A stretch of DNA of 63,780 bases, the filler included, from Octopus bimaculoides (taxonomy: Eukaryota): assembly GCF_001194135.2 (NCBI RefSeq). It is 5 parts of 5 records of this genome, joined end to end, with 100 filler letters (N's around TTAATTAATTAA, not from the genome) between each part and the next. Parts side by side here need not be neighbours in the genome. Positions count along the whole stretch, not along the records: positions 1 to 27,306 come from NC_068988.1; 4 more parts are not named here. One strand, given 5' to 3'. Below are positions 13,041 through 26,505 of this stretch, one piece after another. Both the position numbers and the translations under genes were made by a program. The notes beneath the pieces are model-generated. The model did no database searches and was not told where the DNA came from. It saw nothing but the letters and a program-made list of their open reading frames with translations. Numbering within the stretch: position 1 is the first letter of the stretch; each line of letters opens with the position of its first letter.

Positions 13041-13126
13041 ATGAGAGCCAGAAGGGCTAGATCGATGTACACCAATCATGTGACCAGGTCATGTGGCCAC
13101 TTGCAGAAAACAAGCATAGAAGCTGA

Positions 13127-13633
13127 TATGAGCCTAAGCAAGCAAACTGTGAACATACTTCCACCACAATATATTTCATATTATCACACAGTGCAGGTAT
13201 TAATGATATTCTAACTAAAAATTCACCTGGTGTTATCCGCTTGTTGTCCCTCACAACTGAGTATATTGTTCATAAATTGAAAAATTTCAATTCAACTATT
13301 AAATCTGTCAACCCATCAGCAATTGTTGGATTTGTCACCATTCCCACTGCCAACTTATGTCATATTAATGACACTTTTATCAAATCTGGTGTTCTTAAAG
13401 CAGCTGAAATTGAAATTGAACTTGAACAGCAAAGAATAAATAGTTTATTACATGACTTAAATAAGATTATTAAAAATTTAAATTCTACATTCCTGGATTC
13501 ATGGACAGTTTCTTGGCACCAATGTGTTGCTAAAGACCATAAGAAAGGAGAGGGAAAAGTGCACATTAGATTGAGACATCACATTAGATATGTACAGACC
13601 GTGCGATGCGAGGTGACAAGAATAGCTCTTTAG
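13127..13633 (+). pseudogene. SGNH-hydrolase-like ORF fragment (probably retroelement ORF1/accessory esterase)
   Basis: The open frame extends upstream of the listed ORF: ...STTIYFILSHSAGINDILTKNSPGVIRLLSLTTEYIVHKLKNFNSTIKSVNPSAIVGFVTIP... The GxND block III motif is present; blocks I and V are not evident. Confidence 0.45.
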
Positions 13634-15857
13634 TAAATCATACGGTTGATAAAGTAAATATATATTGAATGGTACATATAAGTGCCAGAGGAAAAAGGCG
13701 ACACAACCGCGTAGAATGATTAAGAGAAGATTTATTGATATAATAACGTGTGTCTGTGTGTGCGTCATACATTCAGAATGATAGGCCGCCATGAGAACAA
13801 ATGTATGTGTCCGTGTAAGCATAGATGCATGCGTGTGGTAAGATCATATAAGAATGGCAATGAAAAACACAGTGAAAGAGTCTATAGCTATCGAAGAAGT
13901 AAGTTCATGTACACAAGAAAGAGAATACCAGTTCGTAGTCAATTATACATGGTAGTTGAAATACTGTATCAAGAAGTCGCGTCCATGATGCTGAGCCGGT
14001 TGCAGGTACATGAAGTCATGGCTGTGATGTTGCTGCCAAAGTCAATTGGTACAGGAGTTCTTGCAGGTTGTATATTCGCTGTTGATCCATTTTGAAGTAA
14101 TTCACGAACAGGAAAGTGTTGGAACCTGTGTGAAATGCTTGCTGAGCTGTGTACGTAGGGGTATGATGTTGACGGCGTGAGAAGATGTTGACGACGAAGA
14201 AGGAGGTTGCCGAAATGCTGTTGGACGAAGTTGGTAAGTTTCAACGTGACTGCTGTGATGTCGTCGCTGGAACTCACTTGTGTGGTCAGTGGCTAGACCT
14301 AAAAAGGTCTGGAACCGAAAGATCTTGAAAGAAGGTAAAGGTGAGTTTTTATAAGGAGCTGTAGGCTAAAAAACTGGGTTGAGAACAGGCTGTATACGCG
14401 GCAAATTGACGTGAGAAAATAAGAGACAATTTGTGTCAGTATCAACCAATCAGAGTAGTGGACACAACAGAGTCCAAATAGCGACCAAAGGCTAGCTGTT
14501 ACCTGCTACGTTCGAATGCACGTATAGATAATAAAGGGGAGAGAGGAATTTCACTAGAGTGTACGGTACAGATATATGTTTAACAAGTTATATGATGGTC
14601 TTCGTGCCACGTTTGACACTGAAGTACATTGGTTTAACCAATTACTAACTGCTTTCCGAGTAGAAATCAAGTATACGTCCACGAAAAGACAGTCATAGAG
14701 TGCATTTTATGAAACAATTGAAAGTAGTGAATTAGATACGGATTTTTATGAATAAGACTTTAAAGTTAGCTTTTGAAAAAATTCTCCCATGCAACTTTGC
14801 TGCAATTTTCTTGTTTTGAAATTATAATCAGAAACAAATTACAAATTCGGACTTTGCGTAATTTAAAACTATGATAAAAAAGAAAATTGGTAAAAAAGCC
14901 GAAATTTTAGGACTTTTGGAGGGGTGGGGTTAAATAAACTGCAAAAGATTTCACTATTGTTTTTAAATTACGTTTCATTTTCTGTTCGAAAATTTAAAAA
15001 GTGGAGATTGTAATAGTGATCCTCATTTCTTAAAGATTCTTTTTTTACACCTTCAAGGCTTCTCCCATTGTTTTTAAGTGCTTAGTGCAAAGAAGGAGGT
15101 GGGGGGGGGGGGCAAATCGGTATTGAATGCGGGTGGGGGATTTGAAATAATTCATAAATTTTCAAGAAATCTTTTTATTGAAAAGCCGCTTCCCATTGTT
15201 TATAAGTGCAGAATGCAAAAAGAAAAAAAATCATTGGACAAAATTTACATTATTTTGGCATACTCATTTTGCTCTAGCCAAATTTGTCTTTGATTTGCTT
15301 GTGCTGAGTCAGATAAGCAAGTGTGATACTGCGTAATAGAACAGTAGTGCTATGGCAGTCAGCCAATCAGAGCTAAGTTGTAATAATATAAGAAGAAAAA
15401 AAAGGTCCTCAGTCTTAAAAAGAACTAAGCATTTTTAAAGAGTAAGTGACCAACCGGTGAACTGTCAATTGTGAAATGCCGATATTCGTTTCCACCAACT
15501 ACGCTCTGCTACCATGTAACATATTAATCGAAATGGTTTTAACGCCAAAGTAAGTTATAAATCTTTCTGACTCGCACACACACCAACTTCGCTCAGCTAT
15601 TAGTTATCTCTTGTCCACATGTGAAAGAATAAATCAAATATATTTTTGTACCGACATCTTGTTTTTCACTGATGTGAAACTTCGCCTTGATTAAGCTTTC
15701 TGATACTCCATTTCACATCCTTCTCAAAGATTTCTCTTATAGGTAACCGACATGCTCAGAGAAAGGCGAAAGGTTTCTGAAATAGAAATCAGATTGCCCT
15801 GTGAGGAAAGAAGGGAAAAAAAGAAGTAGATAGTTTTTTACTGTAGCAAGTCATAAG

Positions 15858-15997
15858 TGTGGTAGGTAGCTTGCTTACCAACCACATGGGTCCGGGCTCA
15901 GTCCCACTGCGTGGCACCTTGGGCAAGTGTCTTCTACTATAGCCTCGGGCCGACCAAAACCTTGTGAGTGATAGACGGAAACTGAAAGAAGCCCGTC
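15858..15997 (+). mobile_element. Octopus tRNA-derived SINE (OK-like)
   Basis: tgtggtaggtagcttgcttaccaaccacatgg...cccactgcgtggcaccttgggcaagtgtcttctactatagcc...gaaactgaaagaagcccgtcg followed by (TA)n. Confidence 0.8.
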
Positions 15998-16037
<40 letters not shown>

Positions 16038-16805
16038 NNNNNNNNNNNNNNNNNNNNNNNNNNNNNNNNNNNNNNNNNNNNNNNNNNNNNNNNNNNNNNN
16101 NNNNNNNNNNNNNNNNNNNNNNNNNNNNNNNNNNNNNNNNNNNNNNNNNNNNNNNNNNNNNNNNNNNNNNNNNNNNNNNNNNNNNNNNNNNNNNNNNNNN
16201 NNNNNNNNNNNNNNNNNNNNNNNNNNNNNNNNNNNNNNNNNNNNNNNNNNNNNNNNNNNNNNNNNNNNNNNNNNNNNNNNNNNNNNNNNNNNNNNNNNNN
16301 NNNNNNNNNNNNNNNNNNNNNNNNNNNNNNNNNNNNNNNNNNNNNNNNNNNNNNNNNNNNNNNNNNNNNNNNNNNNNNNNNNNNNNNNNNNNNNNNNNNN
16401 NNNNNNNNNNNNNNNNNNNNNNNNNNNNNNNNNNNNNNNNNNNNNNNNNNNNNNNNNNNNNNNNNNNNNNNNNNNNNNNNNNNNNNNNNNNNNNNNNNNN
16501 NNNNNNNNNNNNNNNNNNNNNNNNNNNNNNNNNNNNNNNNNNNNNNNNNNNNNNNNNNNNNNNNNNNNNNNNNNNNNNNNNNNNNNNNNNNNNNNNNNNN
16601 NNNNNNNNNNNNNNNNNNNNNNNNNNNNNNNNNNNNNNNNNNNNNNNNNNNNNNNNNNNNNNNNNNNNNNNNNNNNNNNNNNNNNNNNNNNNNNNNNNNN
16701 NNNNNNNNNNNNNNNNNNNNNNNNNNNNNNNNNNNNNNNNNNNNNNNNNNNNNNNNNNNNNNNNNNNNNNNNNNNNNNNNNNNNNNNNNNNNNNNNNNNN
16801 NNNNC

Positions 16806-17070
16806 CGAACCCTAAACCCTTACTAGGGAATAATGATATAATTAAACAGGGAATAACACACTTGACACCGAACAGCAGTAACTGTATTCAGCTGAATAGA
16901 CGTCAGTGATTGGTTGAAATTACAGAAATACGACAACTTTAACATGAAATAACTTGCGATGTACAATTTTTTGTTAAGAAGGTTAAGAGAAGAAGTTGTT
17001 TTATATGACACATTCTACCAGTGTCCCAAGTTTGAAAGTGTTTCGTTAAGAAAACAAATGTTGCCCGTCA
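16806..17070. mobile_element. One arm of the telomere-core foldback MITE family
   Basis: Matches the reverse complement of 28140-28385 (gtcagtgattggttgaaattacagaaatacgacaactttaacat...ttatatgacacattctaccagtg). Begins with a degenerate aaccctaaaccct next to the gap. Confidence 0.8.
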
Positions 17071-18339
17071 AACCCCAAAGATCCAAGAGTAAATGCATTT
17101 TGGGAAGTCCATTTGCTTTGCTGATAAAGTTTTTGTATGCGAGTGAACATTTGTGCAAAATATATTTTGTTTCAAAGTCAAAAAATGCAATAAATTTTGC
17201 CACCACCCCTATACATATACATACATACATATAAAAGGTGTTTACAAGCCATTTAAGAAACACACAAAAACCGTTAGATTCAATTCAACATTTAAATTTA
17301 ATTTGCCAAAATATTTTCGTCGCTTTGAGACCGCGACCTGTTCACTGACAAAATTCCGTGCAAGCACGGAATTTTGTCAGTGCAGACACGAATCCCCTCC
17401 CTGCCCCATCGACACGGAAAAAAAATGAGCACATGCACACAAGTGCCCCTAACTTTCCAACCCCTGCCCTGTGAGGAAAGAAAGGAAAAAAAGAAGTAGA
17501 TAGTTTTTTACTGTAGCAAGTCATAAAAGGCGGTAATATGACGTAATGATCGTTTGCCCGAACAAGCATAATTGTTGGTATCCCATTGGCTAAAATTACT
17601 ACCCATATACGAATTCTAAACATTCGTCAAAGAAATCTTTCACGAATTCGGATATGAGCAGTTATAAAAACCCTGATTTGGGGGAAATTACTCAGTGATC
17701 GTTGGATGTTACTAAACTCCACGACACTCCTTGAGATAGTGGTTATTTTTTATGCCATGACTTAAATCCAACATGACTTATTTGAAGTGTTGTGAACTCT
17801 AGTAGTTAGTATGAAGGATTAGCTTGTGTGAATTTTAAGTTGTAATTCTCCATGACAAAATGACTTTACTTTCCAATTGTACTGTACATACTAAATGTAC
17901 ATAAATAAACTAATGTAGTAATTATTTTCTCTTTCTTCACGTTCTTCAGCTTGTTAATGAAATTTATTTCTGCAATAATGAAACTGTATTTTTTGTAGCG
18001 GTTAAAAAACACGATTTTATTTATCTTCAACAAACATGCATGCATAAAATGTCCGTTTGCATTTCAGAGTATATATTTCTCGCTATAGTCTTTATGTAGC
18101 TGGAGTCAGAATTTATGTATAATGATAACATTTATAAGTAAGTTATAAGTGACGTGTTTATCAATATAGACTCCTACTTCAAAAATGAAATATATTTATT
18201 ATCTATTTCCGAATAGGAAACATATAAATAAGATAAAAACCATTACAAAATTAGTGGTACACAAACAGTCTCCAAACCGTCTATATAATTACTATTAAAA
18301 AATGCCAAGCTTATAAATGAAATTCATCGCAGGGACAAG

Positions 18340-19090
18340 ATAATATGGGTGAACGTGTGTCTTTGTGATGAGGTGCTCAGGAATTTGGGTTGTATTATAG
18401 TCGATCTTATATATGTGGAACGACTAAAGGAATATGAAGAAAACGTTACATATGAGGCAAGGAATGTAGATATCATGGAGACGTCCACAATGGTGAGTCA
18501 ATTTGAATTGAAACAAGACTTTGGTATAGACATTTTACGTTTAACATGTTAAAAAAAGTTGTTTTAAAAAGGAAAAGTTATAAAACCTCTAAAAAGGTAT
18601 AATTGTAAGTATCAGTAGTGTTGGCATTGGAATTAGAATTCAGACTCGGAGGGGGTGATGGGGAAGAATGACGCTAGAAGTAGAGGGGGTAGCTGAGCGA
18701 ACAAAATTAAATCTGATGGTGGGGCGCAGGAGGCATGCAGGTAGGCTGACTGTAACGGGAGTGGTGGGATGAATAAGGGGAGGTGGGGGAAGGTTAGCGA
18801 TGGAGGTAGAGAGGGGAGACGGATGAAGAGCGGTGGAGTTCGGCTAAGGAGCAGAAGGTGATAGTCGCGGGCTGGGTATTATGGGTGTTGTAGGGTGAAT
18901 AAAGGGACGAGCAGGACTAATACCTGCTGAATCTGACGATGGAAGGGGTTGGGGAGAGATAGAGGGATACGAGTTAACTTCCCTAGGATGCGGCGGAGGA
19001 GATGGGGAGTAAGAGGACGAAGGCCGGTAGGGTGTGACGAAATCGTTTAACCATGTTGGTTTCCTGGTTACTCGTTGCATGGCTCAAAAC
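18340..19090 (-). mobile_element. Probable retroelement 5' region (Pro/Ser-rich ORF start, degenerate)
   Basis: MQRVTRKPTWLNDFVTP...PSPPP followed by a frameshifted segment weakly resembling PLE N-termini. Assignment tentative. Confidence 0.35.
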
Positions 19091-19604
19091 TTTATTTATT
19101 ATACTTTTTTTTTTACCTCCCTTCCAACAAACCGCCAATGTAAAGTTCAGCCAGGCTAAACTGAAAAATTTGAGGTGTACCAAAATTAGGCAGCCAAAAA
19201 ATAAAAAAAATTAATAAACACAAAGATAGAAAAACGAAAAAAAGGGAATGAAAAGGAATAAGAATTACAAAAATTATGGAAGACAAAAACAATGCATGAG
19301 CACTGACATTCATAAACGTCACGTCAGTTCCTTTGAAAACTATTTCTTGCTTTCACTCCAACCACCATGCTTGCAGCTCTCGCTTTGGGATTTAAGCTAG
19401 CCATTGCGGCTCTTTACAAAAGTTCGAGGCCAGCAGTGGAGAATAATCTTCATCATCATTGTCAACACTCATATTATTATTATTATTAATTTAATTTAAG
19501 TAATTTAAATATTGTGTGATTGGTGTTTGGGAATGGCTTGTATAAACGGGAGCATGTATATGTGCAGAGATGGAAATGTGTATGTGATTTGTGTTTGTAC
19601 TTAC

Positions 19605-19733
19605 AGCATTCTTTAGTAAAGCCAAAGGAGACCCAAGACCTTCGAACAGAAACCGGTGACCCTGACCAAACCACCACAAAAGCTGACGACCTCGTACGCA
19701 CCGACGTAATGACGATTCAATCTCGACAGCCAT
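19605..19733 (-). CDS. Candidate first coding exon of an unidentified gene
   Basis: aagATGGCT start context, 43 open codons (MAVEIESSLRRCVRGRQLLWWFGQGHRFLFEGLGSPLALLKNA) and a GTAAGT donor in a CpG-rich patch. No convincing downstream in-frame exon found. Confidence 0.3.
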
Positions 19734-21233
19734 CTTAAACAATGATTGAATGTTTGCATATAGTGAACAAGTACACCTTTGAACAATGAACCTTCCACAA
19801 ATCCTGAATGACTATTGATATTCAGTCATCTTAATTACTATGATATATTGTGCACAAAATGTTTTCCATTGAAAAATTCAAATGCAGAGATTTTTTATCG
19901 CCGATTTTCTTTTTGAGTCCTTGGGAGCGCGAGAAGTTTTTGACGTTCAAGTATTACAGACTACAGTATTTTGGGCTTCTGTAGCAGAGCTACATATTAC
20001 ATAGTAATATGTAATATGTGAGTCAACCTGCACAGCAGACGAATATATCGATGAGGCGTCTAACCTCGCTTTGTTACAGTAGCCTCGTTCTGAGATACTA
20101 GCCTCGTTCTGAGCTACACGGTAGAAGCTGCCAGTTCCTGCCAGATTTCGACCAAAGACACATGTCTTCTCTGTAGCTCCATGCGCAAGTCTCCCACGTG
20201 CGACTCACGTGTCTATTCACCTTGACACAAAATATATGGTTCGGAAACGAAGATATTTTATCACACACACATTCTCAAAATGATTGTTCTCATTACACAT
20301 ATGCATACATACTGTAATACAAGTATTATATGTTACTTCTTTCAGGGCAAAAGCAAAAATCAAAACTTTCTTTGTATGTAAACACACGTTTTTGCATCAT
20401 GCTAAATGCTTCCACCACAAAAGGTGAACACAGAATAAACAATATATTTATACACAAGAATGTCTTATGATGATTCATACTAACTGTTTTTCCATTTAGT
20501 AACACTCACTTGAACAGCCAACAACAGCCGTTATACTTCCAAGTATCCTCGATATATATAGTCGAATTAAAGCGAAATTAACAAATAACTGTGGAAGCTA
20601 TACTTTTATCTTTTGCATGTTGTTGGGACTCAAAACGTACAAAAGATGCCATTTCAGTCAAAGATAAAAGGCGTGTGTTGGCAAGTTAAATGTTGTTTGT
20701 GTAATCATTTTGCTCATGTTTGGTCCCCTGGTCAAGTTGTTCTGATAATGAAAATATTGCATTTATGTGACAGACTCTTCTGGTATTTTTAACAATAATC
20801 TCTCAGTTTTCTCGGAGTAAAAATTTTTGGTGAGGCTATTTCTGACATCAGCTCCATGGACATCCGTGCACATTTAATAAGTGTTAAAAAAGAAGTTGGG
20901 TGAGAGGAATGAAAGTGTCTTCGTGTGGTTAAATAATAGTTTTATATAAATACTATGAAGTTTTCCTTTCATAAGTCCTATGTTACTCTGGGGCTTACCG
21001 TAGCCTTATTAAAATCAACATCCTGTCTAAATCATATATAGTTTTAACAGCTATAAGGTTTAGTCACTTTCTGAAGGTTTATTTAAAACTTACACAACCA
21101 AAATAAAAGTGTCGTATATTTTTTAAAGGTAATTGTTCAATTTAGTTAGAGAAAAAAAAAGTAAATAAAAATTAAAGGGGAGATAAGTGGCAAAAGTTCT
21201 CCAAAATATGTTGTTCTTCACTGACACTGAAAT

Positions 21234-21690
21234 ATGTTAGGTCATTCTTTACTTTGCAATCGATCGGAATGGTACGTGGAAGACCAGCAGTACCGTAATT
21301 CATTGTTCCTGAACATAAAATCCAGTCGTGAATCAATCTTAGAGCAATCGTGGACTACCATTCAATTAGGAAAAGCTGGAGATAACATTCGTCAGTTGTT
21401 GACACGGCGTCAACTAATTATGAATATGTACACCTGTGAAAATTGTAATTCACCATGTGGCCTTACTACACGTTGTGACGATACTGAAGGAAAATTATGG
21501 CACTGCAATCAAATCTGTTCGTTACCGTTAAGTTTTTGAGAGAAGTCATATTTCTTTGCTCAGTATCATTTTAATTGTTTATTGTTAGTTACTAGAGATG
21601 TCGCAAAACGATATTATGCACGATTCTTCCGTCAGTAGTCGAACTACAGTCGTGGATTGGTGTAATTTCTGTCGGGCTCCATGAATTTAT
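21234..21690 (+). mobile_element. Merlin (IS1016-like) transposase N-terminal relic
   Basis: LTRRQLIMNMYTCENCNSPCGLTTRCDDTEGKLWHC..C, then after a frameshift SSRTTVVDWCNFCR. The zinc ribbon and TVVDW.NFCR motifs are typical of Merlin transposases. Confidence 0.75.
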
Positions 21691-22981
21691 ATGGCGTATT
21701 TCCACAGATAAAAAGAACACATTTATTCACTTTTTAGCCGCGATCGCCAGGGTTTATGCTATATAAAAAGTAAGTTGACTTGTTTGTCCCTTCGCTTCTT
21801 TTACTACTTATCTTCCCTTTAATATTTATTTACTTTTTTAATTTAACCAAACTGAACTATTACCCCTTTTTAAAGAAATTTATTTAGGAACCGACGCTGA
21901 AAACATCAATTTTATCAAGTGGGACATATATTTCGTTAAATCTCACAAACAGAAATATAGTTTGTCAGTTTTGCTCCTCTGCGGCTTATGAAATACTATT
22001 CTTTCGTGCTTCCTCTTTTTGACTGTCATTAAAAATTGGTCTTATTGTGTATAGACAGAAAAGGCAAAACATTTTAAATGATTCAAAATCGTTAATTACC
22101 TAAACAGTAAATTTACTCAGATTAACTGCTTTTTTTTAGACAAGCTTCACCTATTTTTTTAACAATAACTCACTTATAACATTTCTCCTTACTCAATTTC
22201 ACATCACCTTTAACACTACTGTCTATATCAGGCCATTGGCACATATCGTTTATAGAATTTCGTAACTCTCATTTTATTGTAGTCATTCTGATACATTATC
22301 ATTATATTTTTTATCTTTCTTAGTTTTTATTTTATGTATTTATTCCTTTTGCAGTTTTATTACATTTCACCTTAATTTGTTGAAGTGAAATGTAATTTGT
22401 CACTGTTGACAAGACATCTCTTGTGCTTCCAACAGCCCTCCAGCTTAAACCATCTCATGTAACCATTTCTTTTGTTCGGCCTTGTTAACGTTCATAAAAA
22501 TATTGTTTCTTTCAAAATGATATCTCTGACAGACTATGAAAATATTTATTATTTAAAACTATATAAATTCATTTATGATTGTTTTAAACTTAGTTGGACA
22601 TAATGTTTCCACTAATTGAATTAATTGAATTAAACCCCGTCTTACACAAAATCAGCTAAGACGGTGTCTCTAATATATTAATAATTCCTATCTTTATTGT
22701 TGTATGGCTTCACTGCTATTTCATATCTTTCTTCTTAAGCAAACGGCTGTTTTTAATCTAGAATACATTTCTCTTTTTCATTTTTACACATCGGTTACCA
22801 TGTTTACAATTAGCATCATTGCATTGAATAGTTATCTTTTCAGTTATTTTTCAGTAAACTATTCATATTAATTCTGAGCAATCCCCAATGGTCTTTATAG
22901 TTCTGTTTACAGTACTTAGTAAGATTAAAACTTATATTTCATTGTAAATCAATGTGCATATATATATATGTCAAAGCTGTC

Positions 22982-23036
<55 letters not shown>

Positions 23037-23037
<1 letters not shown>

Positions 23038-26000
23038 TTCTTTGCACAGCTTCTAACGCTGGAGATGTACTACGGTGTCAGCTGTTCACTACCAACTCTT
23101 ATTTTTCGGGCACCTTCCGGAGTATTCGAGCGGTTCCAAGCAGTGCTGTTTTCTGCATGTGATCCACCCTTATTGCAGCCCCTATTTGTTCCAAGTACTT
23201 CTCAAGATTTTTATTCACTGTTCCCAGGGCTCTGACAGTTATTGGTACCGCTACCACCTTTTTCATCGACCACAACTGCTTAACCTCCCAAGCCAACATG
23301 TCACATCCATCGACTTTTCTTTCTCCTTTATCGCATACATTGTTGTCCGCTGGGTATGCTATATCTATGATCCAGCATAGTTGCTTTCTTTCTCAATTAA
23401 GACTATGTCTGGCTTCCTATTCTCTATCTCATGGTCGCACTGAAACATAAAATCCCACAGGATCTTTGCATTATCATTTTCGATGATGCCTTCGGGTTTG
23501 TGGTCGTAGCAATTATTTGCTCTGTCAAGTCCATACTTGTTGCAAAGTGAAAGTGTCCAATGGATAAGCCTTGCTATATTGTCGTGGCGTCTCCTATATT
23601 CCTTCTGGGCTAGTGGCGTACATTGGCAGATAATTTGCCATACGGTTTCACCATTTTGTCCACAGATTCTGCACTTATCACTTTCTGATGTGTTGTCTAG
23701 TGCTTGCTCTTGAGCAGCACAGATTAGAGCCTCCGTTTCCGATTTAAGTCATCGACAGCCATCTTTTTTTCTGTCTGTCTTATCTTCAACATCCCTATGA
23801 AATTGTCCATGCATTCTTTTCTTTACCGACCTATTTTCAATTTCATTCGTTTTCAATTGCTTGTACTTTGCAATCTTTCATCCTACACAAGCCTGACCTT
23901 CTTTCTTCTAATAATAGTGGTTCTGTGGCATTTTTTTTACATACCATGCCATGTTGTTTTCTTCTGCTCTAATGCTGTGTTCGCATCCAATAAGTCCTCT
24001 TCCCCCTCTTTTTCTTGGTACATACAGTCTGTCTGTCATTTTTTGGGTGAAGTGTCCCGTATCTAGTTAGCAACTCCCTTGTCTTTCTGTCTAAGCTGTT
24101 TAGTTCGTCTACTGTCCATGCGATTACCCCTGCTCTATATCTAAGGAGTGAACCCGCCCAGGTTTTGATAGTTTCTATCTTATTCCGTCCGTTTAATTTC
24201 GACTTAAGGATCAGTCTCTGTCTGCACAAGTACTCCACCTTAAATTTTTCTGTCATTTCTTTCTCCATCAATTTATCCATTTCCAAAATCCCCAAGTACT
24301 TATAGCCCGTCTCTTCTATCTGCTTCATAACCTCCCACGACGGTATCGATAGCCCGTGCATACATTTGATTTTGTCTCTCTTGAAGACTACCACACTTTC
24401 TCAGTCCGAGCTCCATTCTGACATCAGCACTGAATGTATACACCGTATCAATGAGGGAACTGACTTGGGCATCATCTTTACCATAAAGTTTGAAGTCATC
24501 CATGAATAACAAATAGCTGACTTTTGTTGGCGGCTTTTGAATACATACCCAGCTTTTGCTTTCCTCAGAATCAGTGTTAGTGGTATCAAGCACAGTACAA
24601 AGATCAGTGCCCTGGAAGATGCCCCTCCTGATTTCTACTGTCCCTAAACTTCTTCCGTATGCTGTTAGGTCCGTCCTCCAATTCACCATACTTTTTCCAA
24701 GCAATCGCTCAACATTTGAGGCAATACCAAATAGGTTCATACATTCCATTATCCAAGAGTGTGGGATCATATCGTACGCCTTACAATAGTCAATCCATCA
24801 CATGGCTAAGTTAGTTTTCCTCCTCTTGCAGTCTCTAAGTACAGTTTTGTCTATCAGGAGTCGATCCGTGGCAGGAATCCATTTTTTCCAGGTGTTTGTA
24901 CATTGACTCTGTGAGTATTCCAGTCAATAATTTCCACATAAGTGGCAAACAGGATATCGGCCTGTAATTGTCTACCGTATCGCCTTTTCCGATGTTGTTC
25001 AGGCACAGCACTGTCCTACCCATTGTCAACCACTCTGGTGTTCCTTGGTGATCGGTATTTAACAAGGTGTTGAGTTGCGCAGCTATTCGTGCATGACATT
25101 CACCAAATCTTTTGATCCAGTAGCCTTGAACTCCATCTGGTCCTGGGGCCTTCCAGTTGCTCATTTTTTTTTCTGATTTGCTTCAATTCCCTAACTGACA
25201 TGATTAGTTTTGCCTGTTTTGGACAGACTACTGTTTGTTTCAGTTCTTGCTACCATTCAGCATCCTTCTTGTGCTTCTTGTCTTTGCTCCACATGTCACT
25301 CTAAAACCATTGACTTTCAATGTTATCTGGTATCAACTTTTCATCTGTACACTCTTCATTTATTTCTTTATAGAATCTCTTCTGATCTACTCTGAATAAC
25401 CTATTCTGGTGGTAACCCTTCATCCTTTGGTCGTATCTTACCATCTTTGCTTTTTTTGTAACGAGGCGCTGTTTCAGTTCCTTCATTACCACTTTCAGGT
25501 CCTTTCTTTCAATATTATACTTCCTTTTCAGCGCCCTGTATTTTTGTTCGCTTTTAAACTCCTCTTTCTCTTTTCGGTTTAACACAGAAATTTCCTTCGA
25601 GAGTATGGCTAACCCTTCCTGGATTCTTCTTTCCATCATAGATCTCTTCTTTTGTCACTCCCATTATGTTTCTTTTTCTTGACATCAACACCCACGTTTT
25701 CTGCTACAACAATACTTGCTGTTTCTGTGATGTTGTTTATTCTGATGTATTTCAGAATTTCATTGACATTTTTCGTTTCTTGGTTCAATTTCCATCGATC
25801 AACATTTTCAATGTTGCAAATAATGTCGCTATCGTTCTCCTGTAGTCTTGCCTTTATTCTGTCGTAGATTGCCCTTTGTTCATCTGTCATGTCACCATTA
25901 GTTTTATTGTCTTGTTTTAAATCATCTATATGTCTCTCATCAAGTAAACTACCACTGCTCCTTTCCTGTGCTATGACATTACTTCTATTAGTAAGAACTG

Positions 26001-26505
26001 CATTTTCATCGTTATCTCTGCTGCTATTTTCCAAGACCCGTCTTTTGATGGCTTCGAGTTCTACTTCTGTGAACCAACGATGTTTTCTTATAGCTCTAGC
26101 TTGATCACATAGTGTCGGTTCCGTGAGTTGAAACAATCCCTTTTCCCTTCAATGATCAGACATACGTTGTCGGTAACTCCTAATTTGAGCTCTATTTTCA
26201 TCTACCGGGTTGCTCAGGTAGTAACACTCCATGACCACAGCATTAATACGCCGTGTGTGGTGGTCCCTTTCTGGATATCGACAGGCTGGAGCCGGACCAG
26301 AATCTCTGAGCCTAACGGGTGTAACACTGTCACCATCATTGGCTTCAGTTCCGTTACCACCGTTATTCACAATATTTTGTTTTTTCATTGCTGCTCATAT
26401 GAGGTAGCGATTATCAGGTTGCGCAATTACCAGTGTTTTTATTGTGTCACCATCACTAGATATATCATTAATCAGGACATAGAGAGGCTCCACCCGCTTC
26501 CTTTC
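23037..26505 (-). mobile_element. R4/Dong-clade non-LTR retrotransposon (RT plus restriction-like endonuclease), near full-length and degenerate
   Basis: [75 protein letters not shown]...RRHDN, ILWDF..RKPDIV, KTALLGTARILRKV. Flanked by (TAA)n on both sides. Confidence 0.92.
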
